Below are positions 33,651-38,128 of a DNA stretch of 38,128 nt, one piece after another. Below the pieces are notes generated by a model, which saw only the letters and a program-made list of their open reading frames with translations, had not been told where the DNA came from and did not search any database. The stretch is from Phycisphaerales bacterium (lineage in GTDB: Bacteria; Planctomycetota; Phycisphaerae; Phycisphaerales; UBA1924), in assembly GCA_003511945.1 (NCBI GenBank), contig DOJA01000246.1:1-38128 (forward strand). Direction: 5' to 3'. The stretch's first letter is position 1, and each line of letters opens with the position of its first letter. The position numbers and the translations under genes are program-made.

Positions 33651-33867
33651 CAGCGCGGGCTCCCGGTCAGGGTCGTAGGCGACGAGGATAGCGGGAGGGC
33701 ATCTCGCGCGATGCCGCACCAGACGACGCACGGGGCCGGTGGGCCGGGTTGCTGAACAGGCCCTCTTGGCCTCCCCGTGAACCGGCACCCGATCACAACC
33801 GATCGCCTTCCGGGTCCGGGCACCCGCACCCGGTCAGTCCGCTCGACCCCCCCGTGCTGAGCGCCGC

Positions 33868-33873
33868 TACGAT
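33868..33873 (+). promoter_or_regulatory. -10-like hexamer TACGAT, 6 nt upstream of ATG 33880 (leaderless candidate).
   Basis: The sequence reads tacgat gcgccc ATG, with no SD. Confidence 0.35.
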
Positions 33874-33879
33874 GCGCCC

Positions 33880-34920
33880 ATGCCCCCGCCCCCCGCCGAT
33901 CTCCGCTCCGACACGGTCACGCGCCCCACCGAGGCCATGCGCCGCGCGATGGCCGGCGCCGAGGTCGGGGACGATGTGCTGGGCGATGACCCGACGGTGA
34001 TCGCGCTGGAAGAGCGCATCGCCAACCTGCTGGGCAAGGAGGCGGCGGCGTTCGTGCCCTCGGGCACGATGGCGAACCAGGCCGCCATCCGCGCGCTGAC
34101 CGAGCCCGCCGACGAGATCATCGCCCACAAGGACAGTCATATCATCCACTACGAGACCGGCGCCCCGGCGGCGGTCTCGGGGTGCTCGATCGCCCCCGCG
34201 GAGGGCGAGCGCGGCATGTTCGGCCCCGACGAGCTCGACCGCCTGGTGCGCACCCCCAACATCCACGCGCCGCGCTCGCGCCTGCTGGTCATCGAGAACA
34301 CGCACAACAGGGGAGGCGGATCGGTGTGGACGCTCGAGCAGGTCCGGGCCGTGACCGATCGCGCCCGCGCGCACGGGCTGCGCACGCACCTGGACGGCGC
34401 CCGCCTGTGGAACGCCTGCGTCGCGACGGGGCGCCCCCCCAAGGACTACGCGGCGTGCTTCGAGACCGTCTCGACATGCTTTTCCAAGGGGCTGGGCGCG
34501 CCGGTCGGATCGTCGGTCGCGGGCACGCCGGAGACGATCGCGCGGGTGCGCCGGTTCCGGAAGATGATGGGCGGCGCGATGCGCCAGTCGGGCATCCTGG
34601 CGGCGGCGGCGCTGCACGCGCTGGAGCACCATGTCGATCGGCTGGCGGAGGACCACGCGCGGGCGCGCCGGCTGGCGGAGGCGTGGGCCTCCGTGCCCGG
34701 GCTGGGCGTGAACCCCGCCGAGGTCCAGACGAACATCGTCTATGTGACGATCGAACCCCGGCTCGGGACCGCGCAGCAGTGGTGCGCCGCGATGCGCGAA
34801 CTGGGGGTCTGGATGCTCCCTACCGCACCCGCGCGGGCGCGGGCCGTGACGCACCTGGACATCACCGACGGGATGATCGACCGCGCGGTCAGCGCGGCGC
34901 GGACGCTGAGCGGGCGATGA
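33880..34920 (+). CDS. ltaE: Low-specificity L-threonine aldolase (PLP-dependent, beta-eliminating lyase family).
   Basis: Contains DLRSDTVTRPT, GDDVLGDDPTV, PSGTMANQ, ENTHNRGGG and FSKGLGAPVGS (the PLP lysine). Confidence 0.9.
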   Translation: MPPPPADLRSDTVTRPTEAMRRAMAGAEVGDDVLGDDPTVIALEERIANLLGKEAAAFVPSGTMANQAAIRALTEPADEIIAHKDSHIIHYETGAPAAVSGCSIAPAEGERGMFGPDELDRLVRTPNIHAPRSRLLVIENTHNRGGGSVWTLEQVRAVTDRARAHGLRTHLDGARLWNACVATGRPPKDYAACFETVSTCFSKGLGAPVGSSVAGTPETIARVRRFRKMMGGAMRQSGILAAAALHALEHHVDRLAEDHARARRLAEAWASVPGLGVNPAEVQTNIVYVTIEPRLGTAQQWCAAMRELGVWMLPTAPARARAVTHLDITDGMIDRAVSAARTLSGR

Positions 34921-34942
34921 GGGGCGATCGCCAGGGAGAACG

Positions 34943-36043
34943 GTGCTGATGAACCGCAACGGCGCGTGGGCGAGGGTCGTGCTGACGCTGGCGACAGGCG
35001 TGCTCGCATCCTGCGCGCCGAACCAGGGGCGAACCATGAGCCAGGACAGCGTGCGCACCACGGACGGGGCCGGGGGGCGGAGGGCGCCCGAGCCGCTCCG
35101 ACCGGTGGCGACCTACTCGATCGTGGCCCGCGATGGGCGCACGGGAGAACTGGGCGTGGCGGTGCAGTCGCACTGGTTCAGCGTGGGCACGGTCGTGCCC
35201 TGGGCGGAGGCGGGCGTGGGCGCGGTGGCGACGCAGAGTCTGGTCGACCCCAAGTACGGCCCGGAGGGGCTGCGCCTGATGCGCGAGGGCCGGTCCGCCT
35301 CCGAGGCGCTGGCGGTGCTGCTGGCGGCGGACGAGGGACGCGAGCTGCGCCAGGTGGCCATGGTCGACGCGCAGGGACGCGCGGGCGTGCACACCGGCGC
35401 CCGCTGCATCGGCGAGGCGGGCGACGACAGCGCGATCACGCGCGACGGGTCCATCATCTCCTGCCAGGCCAACCTGATGCGCGGCCCCAGCGTTCCCGAG
35501 GCGCTCAAGCGCGGGTTCGACAGTCTGTCCGACGATGCGCCGCTGGCCGAGCGCCTCCTGATGGCGCTCAAGTGGGCCGAGCGCTCAGGGGGCGATGTGC
35601 GCGGGAAGCAGTCGGCGGCCATCCTGGTCGTCGCGCCGCAGTCCACCGGTCAGCCCTGGAAGGACCGGCTCGTCGACCTCCATGTCGAAGACCACCCGGC
35701 GCCGCTGGACGAGATGACGCGCCTCCTGCGGCTCCACCGCGCCTACGAGCGCATGAACAAGGGCGACGAGGCGATGGAGAAGGGCGACATCCCGGGCGCG
35801 GTCGAGCAGTACTCCGAGGCCCGGCGCCTCGCGCCGGGGAACGCAGAGATGTCCTTCTGGGCCGGCGTCGCGCTCGTCAACGCGGGCAAGATCGCCGAGG
35901 GCGAGCCCCTGCTCGCCGAGGCCTTCAGCGACAAGAACGGCGGCGACTGGCGCACCACCCTCCGGCGGCTCCCCCGCGCGGGGCTGCTGCCCGACGATCA
36001 GGAACTCATCGAGCGACTCGCCCGCCTGCCGGCGGCGGATTGA
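34943..36043 (+). CDS. DUF1028 (Ntn-hydrolase-like) lipoprotein with a C-terminal TPR-like segment.
   Basis: Starts at GTG 34943 or ATG 34949. The lipobox is GVLASC. Contains YSIVARDGRTGELGVAVQSHWFSVGTVVPWAEAGVGAVATQS, typical of DUF1028. The TPR-like segment is GDIPGAVEQYSEARRLAPGNAEMSFWAGVALV. Confidence 0.85.
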   Translation: MLMNRNGAWARVVLTLATGVLASCAPNQGRTMSQDSVRTTDGAGGRRAPEPLRPVATYSIVARDGRTGELGVAVQSHWFSVGTVVPWAEAGVGAVATQSLVDPKYGPEGLRLMREGRSASEALAVLLAADEGRELRQVAMVDAQGRAGVHTGARCIGEAGDDSAITRDGSIISCQANLMRGPSVPEALKRGFDSLSDDAPLAERLLMALKWAERSGGDVRGKQSAAILVVAPQSTGQPWKDRLVDLHVEDHPAPLDEMTRLLRLHRAYERMNKGDEAMEKGDIPGAVEQYSEARRLAPGNAEMSFWAGVALVNAGKIAEGEPLLAEAFSDKNGGDWRTTLRRLPRAGLLPDDQELIERLARLPAAD

Positions 36044-36113
36044 TCGGGGTGGCGTCGTCGAAGTGGTCGGCGCGCGATGCATCGGCGGGGCCTCGAGCGG
36101 GCCACCGGCGTGG

Positions 36114-36755
36114 TCAGGCCTCCTCGGCCTTCACGATCTGCCACTCCTCGATCTCGATCGGCGCCTGGCGCCCGAAGATCGTCACCAGCACGCGGACCAG
36201 GCCCTTGTCGGGGAGCAGCTCGTCCACCGTGCCCTCGTAGCCCTCGAATGGCCCTTCCTTGATCGTGACGGGCTCCCCCTTCTGGAACACCATCTTGATC
36301 TCGGGCAGTTCCTCGGGCTTGCGGCTGTCCAGCAGCATCTTCTCGATCTCGTGCGGCGCCAGGGGGGTCGGACGACCGGTCGCGCCGACGAAGTCGCCCA
36401 CGCCCGTCGTCTCCTTGATGAGGAAGAAGACATCCTGCGGGATGCGCCCGTCGTCCTCGAGCTTCATCTCGACGAACACATAGCCGGGGTAGAGCTTGGT
36501 CTCGGTGATCTTCTGCTTGCCGCCCTTCACCGTCTTGGTCTTCTCGGTGGGGACGAGGATGCGGTTGACCAGGTGCTTGAGCGCCTCGATCTCGATCTTG
36601 CGCAGCAGCGTCTCGCGGACATAGTCCTCCTTGTTGGAGGCGACGCGCAGCACGAACCAGTTCATCCCCGGCGTGACGATCAGGTCGTCGTGCGCCAGCT
36701 TGTCGGTGACCTCGGTCGTCGGGGCGGTGTCGGTGGGCTTGGTGGCTTCGGTCAT
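36114..36755 (-). CDS. nusG: Transcription termination/antitermination factor NusG.
   Basis: The NGN domain contains WFVLRVASNKE...LYPGYVFVEM. The KOW domain contains GEPVTIKEGPFEGYEGTV. Confidence 0.95.
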   Translation of the reverse strand: MTEATKPTDTAPTTEVTDKLAHDDLIVTPGMNWFVLRVASNKEDYVRETLLRKIEIEALKHLVNRILVPTEKTKTVKGGKQKITETKLYPGYVFVEMKLEDDGRIPQDVFFLIKETTGVGDFVGATGRPTPLAPHEIEKMLLDSRKPEELPEIKMVFQKGEPVTIKEGPFEGYEGTVDELLPDKGLVRVLVTIFGRQAPIEIEEWQIVKAEEA

Positions 36756-36812
36756 GTCGCCGGCCTCGTGGGTGCGGAGTTGAGTTGGAGAAGGGCGGAC
36801 GCCCCGGGAGGA

Positions 36813-37247
36813 TCAGCCCCCCGAGTCCAGCACGCCCACCGAACGGAAGAACGACGAGAACGCCAGGTCCACCAGGAAGAGCGCCGCCGCCAGCAGCACC
36901 GAGGTGCCGATGACGACCCAGGTCGAGCCCACGACCTCCTTCTTGCTCGACCAGTTCACCTTCTTCATCTCCCCCTCGGTGGCGATGAAGAACTCACCCG
37001 TGCGGGGGTTCGCGTACGCCACCCAGTACGCCAGGGCCGCCCCGATGATGATCAGGGTGAAGGCGCCGATGCCCTGGATCACCGCGGGCTCGATCGTGTA
37101 CGCGCCCGAGGCGTCGCGGGGGGGCTGGATCCGTTGCAACTGGCCCGCGAGCCACGCGGCGCCCCAGCCGAACAGCGTCATGATGCCCAGCAGGGTCATC
37201 ATCCGGGTCCAGTAGCCCTGACCCTGTTTGTAGATGCCGAACGACAT
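36813..37247 (-). CDS. secE: Preprotein translocase subunit SecE (3-TM form).
   Basis: Lies within ORF 36813..37334, whose tracked N-terminus overlaps the tRNA. ATG 37247. Contains the conserved EMKKVNWSSKKEVVGST followed by a TM. Sits between tRNA-Trp and nusG. Confidence 0.85.
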   Translation of the reverse strand: MSFGIYKQGQGYWTRMMTLLGIMTLFGWGAAWLAGQLQRIQPPRDASGAYTIEPAVIQGIGAFTLIIIGAALAYWVAYANPRTGEFFIATEGEMKKVNWSSKKEVVGSTWVVIGTSVLLAAALFLVDLAFSSFFRSVGVLDSGG

Positions 37248-37307
37248 GGGCCGGTTCCTGTCTGCCGCGGGGACGGGCGTCCCCTGCGGGGGTGGGTTGA
37301 TGTTCAA

Positions 37308-37380
37308 CACGCCGGGAGGGAATCGAACCCGCAACCTGCGGATTTGGAATCCGCTGCTCTACCAGTTGAGCTACCGGCGT
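37308..37380 (-). tRNA. tRNA-Trp (anticodon CCA); CCA end not encoded.
   Basis: The minus strand folds as ACGCCGG TA GCTC AACTGGT AGAGC A GCGGA TTCCAAA TCCGC AGGTT GCGGG TTCGATT CCCTC CCGGCGT G. The cloverleaf has one C-U mismatch in the T stem. The tuf/rpmG-trnW-secE context is classical. Confidence 0.9.
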
Positions 37381-37407
37381 AGAAGATTCGCGGCGTTGCC
37401 GCGGCTT

Positions 37408-37447
37408 GAGGTGCGGTAGAGCGCCCCGGGGATGAACCCCGCGGGGC
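37408..37447 (+). repeat. Repeat family A, copy 4 (variant).
   Basis: gaggtgcGGTAGAGCGccccgggg atgaa ccccgcggggc. It has the same box plus a GC hairpin with an NTGAA loop. Confidence 0.6.
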
Positions 37448-37503
37448 ATGGGAGTCTAGCCCAGAACCGATCCAGGCCCGATCAAAGGGCTTTCCATTCC
37501 CTG

Positions 37504-37545
37504 CCCGATGCCCGATGCCCGATGCCTGATGCCTGATGCCCGATG
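37504..37545. repeat. Heptanucleotide tandem repeat, 6 units of CC(C/T)GATG.
   Basis: cccgatg x3, cctgatg x2, cccgatg x1, immediately 3-prime of the rpmG stop on the minus strand. Confidence 0.9.
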
Positions 37546-37559
37546 CCTTCCCCGCCTTC

Positions 37560-37742
37560 CTACTTCTTCTTGACCTTGTGCTTCGTGTGACGCTGGAGGC
37601 GGGGGCAGTACTTCATGAACCCGGCCTTGAGCTTCTCGGGCATGCCGCCCTTGGTGTTCACGGAAGTCCGGTAGTTCAGGTCCCCGGTCTCCGTGCACTG
37701 GAGCCAGAGATACTCGCGGGCGTCGCCCTTCTTCTTCGCCAT
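37560..37742 (-). CDS. rpmG: 50S ribosomal protein L33.
   Basis: MAKKKGDAREYLWLQCTETGDLNYRTSVNTKG...KYCPRLQRHTKHKVKKK has L33 size and pattern. Located downstream of tuf. Confidence 0.92.
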   Translation of the reverse strand: MAKKKGDAREYLWLQCTETGDLNYRTSVNTKGGMPEKLKAGFMKYCPRLQRHTKHKVKKK

Positions 37743-37832
37743 GACGGTGAGGCCTTTCCATCGGACCCGGGCCGGGTGCGCCCCCCTTCCGAGTCGGGGG
37801 GTCGGGTGCGGAGACGGGAGGACTACAAAGAC

Positions 37833-37858
37833 CGGCGGGCCCTGTGACAGGCCCGCCG
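37833..37858 (-). terminator. Hairpin (attenuator/terminator candidate) after tuf.
   Basis: cggcgggcc / ggcccgccg form a 9-bp stem. On the minus strand the hairpin is followed by gtctttgtagt. Confidence 0.45.
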
Positions 37859-37879
37859 ACGATCGGTCGGTTCAGGGGA

Positions 37880-38128
37880 TCAGGCGAGGATCTCGGTCAC
37901 GACGCCCGAGCCCACGGTGCGCCCGCCCTCGCGGACGGCGAACCGGAGCCCGTTCTCCATGGCGATCGGCTTCTCGCTGAGGTCGATCTCCATCTGGACA
38001 TTGTCCCCGGGCATGCACATCTCGGCCCCGCCCAGGAGCTTGACCGAGCCGGTGACATCGGTGGTGCGGAAGTAGAACTGGGGCTTGTAGCCGTTGAAGA
38101 AGGGGGTGTGGCGCCCGCCCTCTTCCTT
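37880..38128 (-). CDS. tuf: Elongation factor Tu, C-terminal 82 codons; the 5-prime part lies outside the window.
   Basis: Read by eye. ...[82 protein letters not shown], with the stop at 37880-37882 (complement). Confidence 0.95.
   Translation of the reverse strand, partial: KEEGGRHTPFFNGYKPQFYFRTTDVTGSVKLLGGAEMCMPGDNVQMEIDLSEKPIAMENGLRFAVREGGRTVGSGVVTEILA

Noticed and set aside
37308-37380. Considered calling tRNA-Trp a pseudogene because of a C-U mismatch in the T stem and the lack of an encoded CCA.
   Set aside because: The acceptor, D and anticodon arms and the T loop (TTCGATT) are canonical. The rpmG-trnW-secE context is the conserved one. CCA is added post-transcriptionally in many bacteria.

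Overview
This is a high-G+C bacterial chromosomal window. By inference only, it looks most like Planctomycetota (Phycisphaerae-like). The grounds are a 23S-5S rRNA unit with no 16S, a PilM-type envelope operon, DUF1579, DUF1028 and dockerin-like secreted proteins, and a tuf-rpmG-tRNA-Trp-secE-nusG block. I support about 30 protein genes, mostly housekeeping or metabolic. They include an ALDH7-type dehydrogenase, gabD, a PyrD-like gene, argS, rpsA, ltaE, nusG, secE, rpmG, tuf, an animal-type haem peroxidase, two hydrolases, and an ArsR-SRPBCC-DUF1579 operon. RNA genes are 23S rRNA, 5S rRNA and tRNA-Trp. Many long ORFs in the track are antisense or out-of-frame shadows typical of high-GC DNA. 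Most true starts lie internal to the tracked ORFs, supported by SD motifs, GTGA overlaps and homology-typical N-termini. Items worth a second look:
- An operon led by a PilM-PilN fusion, followed by two large unrecognisable bitopic membrane proteins, with no secretin, ATPase or pilin nearby.
- An exported 344-aa Ala/Lys/Glu-rich protein with 28 Cys arranged as repeated CxxxC and CC motifs.
- Two families of short intergenic repeats.
- A 141-bp element with perfect 25-bp inverted termini.
- A G-tract 12-mer array in a divergent promoter region.
- A recurring arrangement of -10-like hexamers 6-9 nt upstream of ATG with no SD, suggesting leaderless mRNAs.
No CRISPR array, transposase, integrase or recognisable defence cassette was seen.
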